Positions 38,962 through 49,574 of a DNA stretch of 64,000 nt are shown here, in pieces. The first letter of the stretch is position 1; the number at the start of each line of letters is the position of its first letter. The stretch is from Gemmatimonadota bacterium (GTDB taxonomy: Bacteria; Gemmatimonadota; Gemmatimonadetes; Palauibacterales; KS3-K002): assembly GCA_039586575.1 (NCBI GenBank), contig JBDHKD010000037.1, forward strand, positions 1,576 to 65,575, written 5' to 3'. Position numbers and translations under genes: made by a program. The notes beneath the pieces are model-generated. The model saw nothing but the letters and a program-made list of their open reading frames with translations. It had not been told where the DNA came from and ran no database searches.

Positions 38962-39789
38962 ATGGGTAACTACGCCAAGATCTTCGGGCTCATGGCGGCG
39001 CTGACGGCTCTGGTGCTCGCGATCGCCTATTCGGCCGGCGGGCCGAACGCGCTGCTGCCCGCACTTGTCATGGTCGGCTTGTTCAACTTCGGCATGTACT
39101 GGTTCAGCGACCGCGCCGTACTGCGCGCTTACCGTGCCCAGGCGATCGAGCCGCAGGACGCGCCGGAGCTCTACGAAATGGTCGACCGGCTGCGGCAACG
39201 GGCCGGCCTGCCGATGCCGAAAGTCGCCATCGCTCCTAGCCCGCAGCCGAACGCGTTCGCGACCGGGCGTGATCCGCAACACGCTGTGGTGTGTTTTACC
39301 CAGGGTATCCTCAGCGGCATGAGGCGTGAGGAGCTGGAAGGGGTCACGGCGCATGAGTTGGCCCATATCAAGAACCGCGACATGCTGACCAATACCGTCG
39401 CCGCCACGATGGCTGGCGCCGTGATGATTCTGGCCCGCTTTGCCTTCCTGTTCGGCGGTCGCGACAGGAACGCCATCGCCGGCCTGGCCATGCTCATCCT
39501 GGCACCGCTCGCCGCGTTCCTCGTGCAGATGGCGATCAGCCGGCAGATGGAGTACCGGGCCGACCGGGTCGGCGCCGAGATCGCCGGCACGCCGCGCGGC
39601 TTGGCACGAGCGCTGCTTCGCCTGGAGGAGATGGCGCACCGCGTGCCTATGGAGGTTAACCCGTCGGCTGCGCACCTCTGCATCGTCAACCCGCTACGTC
39701 GCGGCGGGTTGACCCGGCTTTTCATGACTCACCCGCCGGTGGAAGAACGAGTCGCCCGGCTGGAAGAGCTTGAGCTCGGTGTCGCCTAG
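38962..39789 (+). CDS. htpX: Zinc metalloprotease HtpX
   Basis: QPNAFATGR, AHELAH, ISRQMEYRAD, THPP..ER. Confidence 0.95.
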   Translation: MGNYAKIFGLMAALTALVLAIAYSAGGPNALLPALVMVGLFNFGMYWFSDRAVLRAYRAQAIEPQDAPELYEMVDRLRQRAGLPMPKVAIAPSPQPNAFATGRDPQHAVVCFTQGILSGMRREELEGVTAHELAHIKNRDMLTNTVAATMAGAVMILARFAFLFGGRDRNAIAGLAMLILAPLAAFLVQMAISRQMEYRADRVGAEIAGTPRGLARALLRLEEMAHRVPMEVNPSAAHLCIVNPLRRGGLTRLFMTHPPVEERVARLEELELGVA

Positions 39790-39793
39790 GCAG

Positions 39794-40720
39794 ATGATGG
39801 GCGTTCACTCGGAGTCCGACCTCTACGTCATCCACAACCCGGCGGCCGGACCGAAGCGAGCCGATCAATTGCGCCGGCGGGTCGAGGCGGCACTCACCAG
39901 GCGCCGGGTCGGGTACGTCTACGCGCGCACCGAGGCACCCGGGCATGCAGGTGAGCTCGCCGCCGCGGCGTTGGCCGACGGGTTCCGTCGCATCGTCGTC
40001 GCCGGTGGCGACGGTACGGTGCTGGAGACGGTGTCGGCCTTGGTGGGCACCGACGCGGCCTTGGCGTTGCTGCCGGTGGGTACGGGCAACCAGCTGGCGG
40101 CGAACCTCGGCATTCCGAAGAAACTTGACCGGTCACTCGATGTGGTGTTGCACGGTAGTCTGCGGAAGATCGATGTCGGGATGATCGACGGGCAGGCGTT
40201 TACCTGTATCGCCGGTGCCGGTTTCGACGCCGATGTCGTGCGCCCGCGGTCGGCGGTGAAGAAGCGAATGGGCTATCTCGCTTACGTACACGCGGCGACG
40301 GTGGCGGCGCTCGTACCGAACCCGTCGAGGCTGCGCATCACCGTGGACGGTGAGGCGAATACGTGCACAGGGATCGGCGTCGAGGTGGCGAACATGCCGG
40401 GCCTTTCGGCACCGCTACTCACGCGTCCCGTCGACCTCGTTCCCGACGGGCGGCCGGACGACGGGCTGCTCGATGTCTGCGTCCTGGCGGTGGAGACGAC
40501 GTTCGATTTTTTGTCGGCGATGAGCTCGATCGTGGCCCGGCGCTACGGTCGCAACCGGCGGTTGCGTTACTTCCGTGGTCGCGAAGTCGTAATCGATGCC
40601 GACCCGCCTCTGGCGGTCCAGATCGACGGTGAACGACTCGATACCACTACGCCCTTCACGGCAACGGTGCGCCCCGGAGCGCTGAACGTTCTCGTGCCGC
40701 CAACCCGCCAGTCCGGATGA
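39794..40720 (+). CDS. Diacylglycerol/lipid kinase family protein (YegS/BmrU)
   Basis: NPAAG, GGDGT, PVGTGN, GAGFDA, DDGLLDV, QIDGE. Confidence 0.9.
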   Translation: MMGVHSESDLYVIHNPAAGPKRADQLRRRVEAALTRRRVGYVYARTEAPGHAGELAAAALADGFRRIVVAGGDGTVLETVSALVGTDAALALLPVGTGNQLAANLGIPKKLDRSLDVVLHGSLRKIDVGMIDGQAFTCIAGAGFDADVVRPRSAVKKRMGYLAYVHAATVAALVPNPSRLRITVDGEANTCTGIGVEVANMPGLSAPLLTRPVDLVPDGRPDDGLLDVCVLAVETTFDFLSAMSSIVARRYGRNRRLRYFRGREVVIDADPPLAVQIDGERLDTTTPFTATVRPGALNVLVPPTRQSG

Positions 40721-43542
40721 CCGCTATGCGCGACGAGTACCTGGTGGTCCGCGGCGCACGCGAGCACAACCTCAAGAACATCGACATCCGCATCCCGCGT
40801 GGTGAGCTGACTGTGTTCACCGGGCTCTCCGGATCGGGCAAATCGAGCCTCGCTTTCGACACGATCTATGCGGAAGGCCAGCGGCGCTACGTGGAGTCGC
40901 TCTCCGCCTACGCGCGCCAGTTCCTCGGGCTGATGGAGAAGCCTGACGTCGACACGATCGAGGGCCTGTCACCGGCGATTTCGATCGAACAGAAGACGGC
41001 CGGGCGCAACCCGCGCTCCACGGTCGGCACGATAACCGAGATTTACGACTACCTGCGGCTGCTCTGGGCGCGCTGCGGCACGCCTCACTGTTCCGCCTGT
41101 GGGAAACCGGTGCAACGCCAGTCGCCGGAGCAGGTGGCCGATGCCGTGCTCGAGTGGCCGGGAAAGACCCGTATCGAAGTGCTCGCCCCCTTGGTCAGGG
41201 GTCGCAAGGGCGAGTTCAAGGACCTGTTCGAAAGGGCTCGTAAGGACGGCTTCGTCCGCGTCCGAGTGGACGGCGCGACGTACGATCTCAACGATCCGCC
41301 GAAGCTCAACCGCCGTATCAACCACGACATCGCCATCGTCGTCGATCGCTTGAGCGTGCAGCCCGGCGACCGAGCGCGGCTCACCGATTCCATCGAGATC
41401 GCGCTGCGCACCGCCGACGGCGTGGTGCAGATCGATCGTTACGGCCCTGCCGACGAGCCGACGAGCCATCTCTTCAGCGAGCGCTACGCCTGCCCTGACT
41501 GCGGGGTCGGCTTGCCGGAGCTCGAGCCGCGGCAGTTTTCCTTCAACTCGCCCTACGGAGCATGCCCGACCTGCAACGGTCTGGGGCTGCGCAAGGTCGC
41601 AAACCCGGACCTCATGCTCGCCGACGACCGACTTTCGCTGCTGGAGGGCGTCCTCATTCCCTGGGGTTCACCGGTCGGCTTCCTGCGCAAGCGCGTGATC
41701 GAGCCGCTGGCCGAGCGATACGACGTTCATGCAAATACTCCGTGGGCGGAGCTGCCCGAGGCCATGCGCCAGGAGGTGCTTGTCGGTTCCGCGGAACTCG
41801 ATTGGGAGGGCGCCGTCGCGCGGTTGGAGCGGCGCTACCACGAGACGGCGAGCGAGCGGCTCCGCGCCCGGCTGGCCGAGTTCATGTCCGACTCCGTCTG
41901 TTCCGAGTGTGGCGGGAGCAGGCTGCGCCGGGAAGCACTGGCGGTGAGCTTCGAGGGCAAGTCGATCGGCGAGGTCGTCGACATGACCGCGGCGCGGGCC
42001 GCCGAGTTCTTCGCTGGCCGCAAGTCTTACTTCGAGGACGCCGTCGCCGGTCCGATTCTCAGGCAAGTCCTCGAACGGCTGCGGTTCTTGGGGGATGTGG
42101 GTGTCGACTACCTGACGCTGGGTCGAGGAGCCGAAAGCCTCGCAGGCGGCGAAGCCCAGCGTATCCGGCTGGCGACACAGATCGGCTCCAAGCTGGTCGG
42201 TGTTCTCTACATCCTGGACGAACCGTCGATCGGGCTTCACCAACGCGACAACGGGCGGCTGCTGGAGACACTCGAGTCGCTCCGCGATCTCGGCAACACG
42301 GTCATCGTGGTGGAGCACGACGAAGCCACGATCCGCCGCGCCGACCACGTCGTCGATCTCGGGCCGGGCGCCGGTCGTGCCGGCGGCGAAGTCGTCGTGG
42401 AGGGCAGCCTGAACGACGTGCTGGCCTCCCAGCGTTCGCTGACCGGTGCCTACCTGCGCGGCGAGCGGAGAATCGAGGTGCCGCTAGCAAGGTGTTCGGG
42501 CAATGGCGAGAAGCTCGTAATCCGGGGCGCCCGCCAATACAACCTCAAGAACATCGATGTCGAGCTGCCGCTCGGCTGCTTCATATCCGTCACGGGCGTC
42601 TCCGGCTCGGGCAAGTCCACGCTGATCGAGGAGATCCTATACCGGGAGCTGGCGCGCCGCCTCTATCGTTCGCGCCTGATCCCCGGCGCGCACGACGGCA
42701 TCGAAGGTCTCGAGTGCATCGACAAAGTCATCGACGTCGATCAGTCGCCGATCGGCCGGACGCCCCGCTCGAATCCAGCCACCTATACCGGCGTCTTCAC
42801 GCCGATCCGCCAGCTGTTCGCCCAGCTACCGGAGTCCCGCATTCGCGGCTACGAGCCGGGGCGCTTCAGCTTCAACGTCAAAGGCGGTCGCTGCGAGGCC
42901 TGCCAGGGTGATGGGCTGGTCAAGATCGAGATGCACTTCCTGCCCGACGTCTACGTACCCTGCGAGGTCTGCCGCGGCCGGCGCTACAACCGCGAAACGC
43001 TCGAGGTCTTCTACAAGGGCAAGAGCATCGCAGATGTGTTGGCGATGACGGTCGACGAAGCGCTCGAGTTCTTCGAGCCGATCCCAACGGTGCGGCGAAA
43101 ACTCGAGACCCTGCGCGACGTCGGCCTCGGCTACATCACCCTCGGACAAAGTTCCACGACTCTGTCCGGCGGCGAAGCGCAACGGGTCAAGCTCGCCACC
43201 GAGCTCTCGAAGGTGCAGACCGGACGAACGCTGTATATCCTGGACGAGCCTACCACGGGTCTCCATTTCGAGGACATACGAATGCTGCTGGATGTGTTGC
43301 ACCGGCTGGTCAAGCGTGGCAACACCGTGGTGGTGATCGAGCATCAGCTCGACGTGATCAAGACAGCGGATTGGATCATCGATCTCGGCCCGGAGGGCGG
43401 AGACGAGGGCGGAGAGGTGGTTGCGGCGGGCACGCCCGAGCAGGTAGCGCAGGTGAAGGCCAGCCTGACAGGCCGGTTCCTGCGGCCACTGCTCAGGAGC
43501 AACAACAAGAAGCGACGGGAGGCCCAACATGTCGGACGCTGA
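40717..43542 (+). CDS. uvrA: Excinuclease ABC subunit A
   Basis: [18 protein letters not shown], two ABC modules and zinc fingers; 941 aa. Confidence 0.98.
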   Translation: MTAMRDEYLVVRGAREHNLKNIDIRIPRGELTVFTGLSGSGKSSLAFDTIYAEGQRRYVESLSAYARQFLGLMEKPDVDTIEGLSPAISIEQKTAGRNPRSTVGTITEIYDYLRLLWARCGTPHCSACGKPVQRQSPEQVADAVLEWPGKTRIEVLAPLVRGRKGEFKDLFERARKDGFVRVRVDGATYDLNDPPKLNRRINHDIAIVVDRLSVQPGDRARLTDSIEIALRTADGVVQIDRYGPADEPTSHLFSERYACPDCGVGLPELEPRQFSFNSPYGACPTCNGLGLRKVANPDLMLADDRLSLLEGVLIPWGSPVGFLRKRVIEPLAERYDVHANTPWAELPEAMRQEVLVGSAELDWEGAVARLERRYHETASERLRARLAEFMSDSVCSECGGSRLRREALAVSFEGKSIGEVVDMTAARAAEFFAGRKSYFEDAVAGPILRQVLERLRFLGDVGVDYLTLGRGAESLAGGEAQRIRLATQIGSKLVGVLYILDEPSIGLHQRDNGRLLETLESLRDLGNTVIVVEHDEATIRRADHVVDLGPGAGRAGGEVVVEGSLNDVLASQRSLTGAYLRGERRIEVPLARCSGNGEKLVIRGARQYNLKNIDVELPLGCFISVTGVSGSGKSTLIEEILYRELARRLYRSRLIPGAHDGIEGLECIDKVIDVDQSPIGRTPRSNPATYTGVFTPIRQLFAQLPESRIRGYEPGRFSFNVKGGRCEACQGDGLVKIEMHFLPDVYVPCEVCRGRRYNRETLEVFYKGKSIADVLAMTVDEALEFFEPIPTVRRKLETLRDVGLGYITLGQSSTTLSGGEAQRVKLATELSKVQTGRTLYILDEPTTGLHFEDIRMLLDVLHRLVKRGNTVVVIEHQLDVIKTADWIIDLGPEGGDEGGEVVAAGTPEQVAQVKASLTGRFLRPLLRSNNKKRREAQHVGR

Positions 43543-44221
43543 GCATCGCCGCGAGCCCAAGTACCTGCTTCGCCCTTTCGAGGCCTACGCACTGCCGCGC
43601 ATGGCGGCGGCGCTGCCCAGGTGGGTGCTCCCGGATCACATGACGGCACTCGGCACTCTATCCGCCTTGGCGATCGGTATCTGCTACGCGCTCTCGGGCC
43701 GCAGCGCCAACTACTTGTGGGCGGCGAACGTCCTCTGGGTGGTGAACTGGGTGGGCGACAGCCTCGACGGCACGCTGGCCCGCGTGCGCCGCATCGAGCG
43801 GCCGCGCTACGGCTACTATCTCGACCATACCGTCGACATGTTCGCTGCAGCGTTCATCTGCCTCGGTCTCGGCTTCTCACCGTATCTGTTGCTGTCGGTG
43901 GCGCTGATGATCTTGATCGCCTTTTATCTGATGTCTATCAACGTCTACCTCGAGACGTTTGTGTTGGGGACCTTCCAGTTCGGTTACGATTACATCGGGC
44001 CGACCGAAGTACGCGTCATCCTGATCCTGGCCGGTAGCACGCTGGCGCTGGGCTTCGAGCCGGTACTCGACTTGCGAGGCGTGCCGTTTGGAACCCTCGA
44101 CCTGTTCGGATTGATCGGCGTCGCCATCATGCTGGCGCTGCTCGTGCGACGGATCGTCGGCAACCTGTCACAGCTGGCGCGGCTCGAACCAGCGAACGTG
44201 GTGAGGGAGGCGGGTGAGTAG
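43529..44221 (+). CDS. CDP-alcohol phosphatidyltransferase family protein
   Basis: DSLDGTLAR...GYYLDHTVD signature. Confidence 0.9.
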   Translation: MSDAEHRREPKYLLRPFEAYALPRMAAALPRWVLPDHMTALGTLSALAIGICYALSGRSANYLWAANVLWVVNWVGDSLDGTLARVRRIERPRYGYYLDHTVDMFAAAFICLGLGFSPYLLLSVALMILIAFYLMSINVYLETFVLGTFQFGYDYIGPTEVRVILILAGSTLALGFEPVLDLRGVPFGTLDLFGLIGVAIMLALLVRRIVGNLSQLARLEPANVVREAGE

Positions 44222-44264
44222 TGGGCGGATCCGGGGCTTTCGAGAATGAGGTCGGGTTGAACCC

Positions 44265-44840
44265 ATGACGCTCTTCGAGTATCTCGGCGTACTGATATCA
44301 GTGGTGATGGGTCTCGGGATTACCCATCTGCTCATCGGCGCCAGCAAGGTGATACAGCATCGGGATTCGGTTCGCTTCTACTGGGTCCACGCCGTTTGGA
44401 CCATGAACATGCTGATCTACATCCTGGTGATCTGGTGGGGGATGTTCTGGTGGAGCTCACTCCAGGAATGGACGTTCTTCAATTTCCTGTTCGTCACTCT
44501 CTACGCCATCGTGTTGTTCCTTCTAGCTGCGATGCTCTATCCCTGGGAAATCCCAACCGACTTCGATTACGAGCGACATTTCCTCAAGAACCGCACCTGG
44601 TTCTTCGGCCTGTTTACTGTGGCTTGGTGCGTCGATGTCGTTGAGACGACGCTCAAAGCAGGGATGGGCCTCAGAGAACTTCCACAGGGATATCTATTCT
44701 TCATTTTCAGTGTGGTCGCGCTCAGCGTGGTGGGCGCACTCTCGAGCAGTAAACGATACCACGGGTTCTTCGCGGTGAACTGGTTTCTGATGATCCTGAT
44801 CTACCTCGGGGCGACCACGCTGGCGCGGATCGCGGCGTAG
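44265..44840 (+). CDS. Hypothetical multi-pass membrane protein
   Basis: About six hydrophobic helices; MTLFEYLGVLISVVMGLGITHLL N-terminus. Confidence 0.75.
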   Translation: MTLFEYLGVLISVVMGLGITHLLIGASKVIQHRDSVRFYWVHAVWTMNMLIYILVIWWGMFWWSSLQEWTFFNFLFVTLYAIVLFLLAAMLYPWEIPTDFDYERHFLKNRTWFFGLFTVAWCVDVVETTLKAGMGLRELPQGYLFFIFSVVALSVVGALSSSKRYHGFFAVNWFLMILIYLGATTLARIAA

Positions 44841-44845
44841 CGGCC

Positions 44846-45574
44846 GTGGATCCGCATGCCATGACCCCACATGGCCGCGCTCTGCGCGCTTACTTCGACG
44901 GCGAGGTCTCGGCTCGGCTCGTCGTCCGGCGTGATGATGGGTACGAGGTTTCCTTGCCGGCGAGCCACTTCTTTCGCGAAGCTTTGGAATTCTCCCCGAT
45001 CGAGATCGCGGCGCTCGAACGCTGCCGGGGCCACGTGCTCGATGTAGGCGCAGGTTCCGGGCTTCACAGCCTCGTCCTGCTGTCCGGCGGACGGACGGTC
45101 ACCGCGATCGACATCAGCAGCCACGCGGTCGAGATCATGGTGCAGCGTGGAATACCGGACGTGCGTTGCGCCGACATCTTCCAGTTCCGAGGTGGTCCTT
45201 TCGATACCCTGTTGATGTTGGGTCATGGGATCGGGATTGTCGAAGACCTGCAGGGTTTGAGTCGCTTCCTCTCCCATGCCGGTGAGCTCACCCGCCCGGG
45301 CGGACAACTGTTGCTCGACTCACTGGATGTGCGTCAGACCGACGACCCCCGCCATCTGGCCTACCAGGAGGCGAATCGAAGAGCAGGGCGCTATCTTGGA
45401 GTGACTCGCCTCCAGTTCGAGTACGCGGGAGAGAGCGGGCCCTACTGTGGATGGCTACACGTAGACCCGCAGACCCTGCGGGAGCACTCCGAGCCGGGGG
45501 GCTGGGGATGCGAGATCGTCCTTCAACAGGACGGCGGTGATTACTTGGCCTGCCTCACTCGAGGAGGACAGTGA
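44846..45574 (+). CDS. Class I SAM-dependent methyltransferase
   Basis: VLDVGAGSG, AIDIS, FDTLLM, PGGQLL. Confidence 0.88.
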   Translation: MDPHAMTPHGRALRAYFDGEVSARLVVRRDDGYEVSLPASHFFREALEFSPIEIAALERCRGHVLDVGAGSGLHSLVLLSGGRTVTAIDISSHAVEIMVQRGIPDVRCADIFQFRGGPFDTLLMLGHGIGIVEDLQGLSRFLSHAGELTRPGGQLLLDSLDVRQTDDPRHLAYQEANRRAGRYLGVTRLQFEYAGESGPYCGWLHVDPQTLREHSEPGGWGCEIVLQQDGGDYLACLTRGGQ

Positions 45575-45858
45575 CGGTGACGAACTCATCACAGTCGAGA
45601 GAGCTACGACGGATTCCTGGTGTCGGCCCAAGTCTGGCATGTGACCTTCATGATGTCGGTGTCCGCCGTGTCGAGGACCTTCGTGGTGCCGACCCGGAGC
45701 GATTGTATCGGCAGCTTTGCTCGCTGCGCGGTAGCGCCGTCGATCGTTGTGTCCTCTACGTTTTCCGCTGCGCCGTGTACTTCGCCAGCCACGTAGAGCA
45801 CGACCAGGAGCTACTGAAGTGGTGGAACTGGAAGGAGAATCCAGACTCGACCCGCTGA
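45571..45858 (+). CDS. Helix-hairpin-helix protein (Cdd1/pathogenicity-locus family)
   Basis: LRRIPGVG...DPERLY...DRCVLYVFRCAVYFA...KWWNWK. Confidence 0.8.
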   Translation: MTVTNSSQSRELRRIPGVGPSLACDLHDVGVRRVEDLRGADPERLYRQLCSLRGSAVDRCVLYVFRCAVYFASHVEHDQELLKWWNWKENPDSTR

Positions 45859-47096
45859 CGGGCCCTTTCGACATCCCTCGGGCTGTCATCGATTGGCTGG
45901 CTCGCTCACCGGCGCGAGCCTTCGTCATCATCTTTCTCCTAGCTTTCGCGATCCGCGGCTTTCTTCTGACCAAGGTTCCGGACCGCTACGTCCTCCCGCA
46001 TACGCGTTGGGAGCTGGAAGCCGTGGCTTACTCGCTGGCTCGACATGGCCAGTTCGCGGATCCGTACGTCGTCCCCACTGGGCCGACCGCCCATCTGCCG
46101 CCGATCATGCCGGCCACCATTGCCCTGGTCTGGCGCCTGTTCGGGATGGGCCTGGCGGCTGGTTACGCGGCTTGGATTCTGAGGATCGCCAGCTACTGCG
46201 CCATGTACGCCATGCTCCCCTGGCTGGCTGGCCGGCTCGGTGTAGGGAAGCAAGCCGGCGTGCTCGCCGGCATCGCCGGCGCTTTTGTCGCCGTTTGGCC
46301 GGGGTACGGCGAGGCGCTCACGGCCATCCTGCTGGGCCTGCTGCTGGTCGCTTTTCTGCGGCGTTGGACGGCGGGGCGCGGCTCGGCGGCCGGTTCGTTT
46401 CTGCTCGGAGCGGGAGCCGCGGTGACATTCCATCTGCAGCCGGCTCTTCTGCCGGTGGTGCTGGGTTGCATGGCCTTCGAGCTGTGGTGGAGCGAAGATC
46501 GGCGGAAGTGGGCGTTCTCAGCGCTGATGGCCCTGGGTATCGTGGTCGCCTGCGTCCCCTGGGGCTGGCGGAACTACGCGAGGTTCCACGAGGTCTTCTT
46601 CATCCGCAGCAATCTGGGTCTCGAGCTGCGCATGGGTAACCACGAGGGCGCCGCCGCCGCCATGGACGTGATGGACGTGCGGCAGCAGCACCGCCATCCG
46701 CGCGTGCAGGAGGCGGAGGCACTGAAACTCCGGGAACTGGGTGAGGTCGAGTACATGCGGGAGGCCGGGCGCGAGGCCCTGGGGTGGGTCACGACCCATC
46801 CGGCCGAGTTTCTGCGCCTGACATCCTCACGCGTGATTCACACCTGGTTCGGGCCTTTGCACGAGCCACCCGTCGCCGCCGGATTCACCGCGCTCACGCT
46901 TCTGGCCTTATTGGGTGCATGGCGAACCCTTCCGGGGATGGCGATCCCGGCGCGGGCGGCGCTCTTGATACCTCTAGCGACGTATCCGCTCATCTACTAT
47001 GTCGTTGCCTACATGCCCCGCTATCGAGTACCCATCGAGTGGATCTTGCTCGTGTTCGCAGGCGCCGCGGTCTGGCGCTGGATCGAGCGGCAGTGA
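45855..47096 (+). CDS. Multi-pass membrane protein, GT-C/ArnT-like glycosyltransferase
   Basis: PTAHLPP, PWGWRNY, SNLGLELRMGN, PRYRVP patterns with many TM helices; start ambiguous (GTG 45819 or CTG 45855). Confidence 0.65.
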   Translation: MTGPFDIPRAVIDWLARSPARAFVIIFLLAFAIRGFLLTKVPDRYVLPHTRWELEAVAYSLARHGQFADPYVVPTGPTAHLPPIMPATIALVWRLFGMGLAAGYAAWILRIASYCAMYAMLPWLAGRLGVGKQAGVLAGIAGAFVAVWPGYGEALTAILLGLLLVAFLRRWTAGRGSAAGSFLLGAGAAVTFHLQPALLPVVLGCMAFELWWSEDRRKWAFSALMALGIVVACVPWGWRNYARFHEVFFIRSNLGLELRMGNHEGAAAAMDVMDVRQQHRHPRVQEAEALKLRELGEVEYMREAGREALGWVTTHPAEFLRLTSSRVIHTWFGPLHEPPVAAGFTALTLLALLGAWRTLPGMAIPARAALLIPLATYPLIYYVVAYMPRYRVPIEWILLVFAGAAVWRWIERQ

Positions 47097-47107
47097 GAGG
47101 GCGTGAG

Positions 47108-47959
47108 ATGAACCAGGGGAATCCAGGAAAGAGCGTGCTGATCACAGGTGCGTCGACGGGCATCGGCGCCGCCTGCGCACTGCAATTGGACGAGAAAGGC
47201 GTTCGCGTGTTCGCCGGCGTGCGGAAGGAGTCTGACGGCACATCCTTGAAACGGAGCGCCTCGAGCAGGCTTACACCCGTTCCGATCGACGTCACCAGCC
47301 CCGAGACGATCGCAGCGGCACGCCGGGCGGTTGCCGATGCCGTCGGTGCTGAGGGCCTGGCCGGGCTGGTGAACAACGCGGGCGTCTACTTTGGCGGTCC
47401 GCTCGAGTTCTCCTCGATCGACGAGGTGCGGGAGACATTCGAGGTCAACCTGTTCGGTGTGATCGCGGTCACCCAGTCGTTCCTTCCGCTTCTCCGCACC
47501 GCCAGAGGTCGGATCGTCAATATGAGCTCGCTCAGCGGTGTGTTCGCGCTCCCGTTCCTCGGCCCGTACGCGGCAAGCAAGTTCGGCCTGGAAGCCATCT
47601 CGGACTCTCTGCGTGTAGAGTTGAGACCGTGGGGTATCTCGGTTGCGGTCGTGGAACCCGGGGTGGTGGATACACCGATGCGAGAGAAAGTCATCGCGAC
47701 CTTGAGGAAAGCGCGCGAGGCGTATCCGCCCGAGGCGCGTGAGCTCTATGGCCCGATCTTCGGATTGTCGGAACGCCGGCAGGAGCGTGGCATCCGGGCG
47801 GAGCGGGTCGCCGTGGCGGTCGAGCATGCTCTATTCGCTCGACGTCCCAAGCGCCGATACCTGGTGGGAGCGGAGGCGAAATCCGTTCCTGTCTTTCGAA
47901 TGCTGCCCGATGGGTTCCGCGACTGGCTCATCGCCAAGCATCTACCGAAGTATGGTTAG
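47108..47959 (+). CDS. SDR family oxidoreductase (retinol/17-beta-HSD-like)
   Basis: TGASTGIG, NNAG, YAASK, VEPG. Confidence 0.9.
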   Translation: MNQGNPGKSVLITGASTGIGAACALQLDEKGVRVFAGVRKESDGTSLKRSASSRLTPVPIDVTSPETIAAARRAVADAVGAEGLAGLVNNAGVYFGGPLEFSSIDEVRETFEVNLFGVIAVTQSFLPLLRTARGRIVNMSSLSGVFALPFLGPYAASKFGLEAISDSLRVELRPWGISVAVVEPGVVDTPMREKVIATLRKAREAYPPEARELYGPIFGLSERRQERGIRAERVAVAVEHALFARRPKRRYLVGAEAKSVPVFRMLPDGFRDWLIAKHLPKYG

Positions 47960-48002
47960 CCGAAAAGTCGTGCAACGGTTCCAATTGAGAGAAGGAGGGA
48001 GT

Positions 48003-48447
48003 ATGCGATCGCGAAGTGTAGCGTCCCTGCCAATCGCGGTGCTCGCCGGGTGTCTGCTGTGCGCCTGTAGCGCACCGGAGAGTCGCCAGCCGCAGGATCT
48101 GGCCGAGCAGATGCAGGCGGCGGATGGACGCCCAGGCGCTGGCGTCGCTGTACACCGAGGACGCCATGTTACTGCCACCCGGCGGTGACTTCGTGTCAGG
48201 CCGGGAGGCGATCCAGGGGTTCTGGCAAGCAGTCATGGACGCCGGCGTCGCCGAGGCGCGACTGACCGTCGAGGAAGCTGAAGGGCTGGGTGACACGGCT
48301 TGGGAGGTGGGCCGTTACGCACTTCACGATGCGGCCGGTGCTCTGATCGACGAGGGCAAGTATATCGTGATCTGGAAGAGTACCGATGCCGGGTGGCGGC
48401 TCCATCGGGACATCTGGAACAGCAGTGTTCCGTCGTCCTCAGAATGA
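48003..48447 (+). pseudogene. NTF2-like DUF4440/SnoaL lipoprotein split by a frameshift or deletion near 48120
   Basis: Signal/lipobox half (48003-) and the catalytic half DAQALASLYTEDA...GKYIVIWK...W...DIWNS (48124-48447) are in different frames. Confidence 0.65.
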
Positions 48448-48899
48448 TCGCTGGGGCGGTTTACCGCGGGTACTACAACACCTCCCCGGAGTGCTGGGGG
48501 ATGTACACCGAGGCGCTAGGCGCTGAATACGGCAATGACCTGCTGTTCGGGCAGGCCCATCAGTTGACCGTCGACAGCCACGCGGTGCAGCACGCTGGAG
48601 GGCAGCACCCGGACAAGTCGATCGCCATTCACCTGTGCGGGCTCTATCTCGTGCTGCACCGCGGGCTCCGTCCCACGCGCGTGCCCCCGCTGCTTCAGCG
48701 TCTCTCGGATACGGTTCAGGTGTGGCCTCACTTTCCGCCACCCACTGACCGTGGTGCTCTAGCGGTCGGCGCTGTCGCACATTCCGACTCGGTCGCCGCC
48801 CATATGGAGAGGGTGCGGGAGTGGGCTGCATCCGTGTGGGGCGCCTGGTCGCAATACCATTCCGACGTGGCGGATTTCGTCGGACGTCATGTCAGGTAG
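48444..48899 (+). CDS. DUF5946-like hypothetical protein (possibly N-terminally shortened)
   Basis: SPECW, HQLTVD..AVQH, IAIHLCGLYL, VREWA.SVW.AW pattern. Confidence 0.6.
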   Translation: MIAGAVYRGYYNTSPECWGMYTEALGAEYGNDLLFGQAHQLTVDSHAVQHAGGQHPDKSIAIHLCGLYLVLHRGLRPTRVPPLLQRLSDTVQVWPHFPPPTDRGALAVGAVAHSDSVAAHMERVREWAASVWGAWSQYHSDVADFVGRHVR

Positions 48900-48944
48900 G
48901 CGCCCGCGATCGGGAAGACCGCGGGTTTGAACGGAGATGATGCC

Positions 48945-49457
48945 ATGGCATTCGCTTCGCTGCTCGAAGAGACGCTGGAGGCGTGGACAGATGTCCGGCA
49001 GGGGTTGATCGAAGAGGTCGAGAACATCCCTGCCGATCGCTTCGATTTCCGGCCGGCGCCGGAAGTGAAGAGTGTGGCGGAGTTGGTCCAGCACATCCTG
49101 GAGGTCGCGCTGATGATGACGGGCGAGCTGACGCGCCCCGACACCGATTTCCGGCGCGCCCCCTGGCCCGAGCTTCTGGATCTCTACGCCTCACACGTGA
49201 AGGTCGCGAATTCCAAGGCGCAGCTGCTTGGGCTGCTCGGCAGCTCGCTGGCGGAGGCGGAGCTAAGTTTCCGCGAGGCGGGCGAGCTGCACATGCTGCA
49301 GTTCATCACACGGTTCGACGGCCAGGCGGGGACGCGGCTCGCCTGGCTGCACCATGGGATTGCGCAGGAGATGTATCACCGGGGGCAGCTGGTCCTCTAC
49401 GAGCGATTGATGGGGATCGAGCCGGCGCTGACGCGCCGGATTCGTACGGGCTCCTAG
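48945..49457 (+). CDS. DinB family protein
   Basis: FDFRPAPEVKSVAELVQHI and MYHRGQL. Confidence 0.85.
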   Translation: MAFASLLEETLEAWTDVRQGLIEEVENIPADRFDFRPAPEVKSVAELVQHILEVALMMTGELTRPDTDFRRAPWPELLDLYASHVKVANSKAQLLGLLGSSLAEAELSFREAGELHMLQFITRFDGQAGTRLAWLHHGIAQEMYHRGQLVLYERLMGIEPALTRRIRTGS

Positions 49458-49574
49458 CACGTTTGGAAGTCGGGCAAACGTCCGTCCTTGCCGTGGCTGG
49501 CGGCGGCCCACAGTATGTTGAGTCGTGCACCGCCATGAATCTCCGACAGTTCAGGTGGCCCAGAGGAGGTTTCC

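Noticed and set aside
45855-45858. CTG start overlapping the upstream TGA as a further non-canonical start
   Set aside because: An in-frame GTG at 45819 with a GGAG upstream is an adequate alternative, so the case is ambiguous
48105-48130. Programmed ribosomal frameshift in the DUF4440-like gene
   Set aside because: No slippery sequence or stimulator is visible and residues appear to be missing, so deletion or error is more likely
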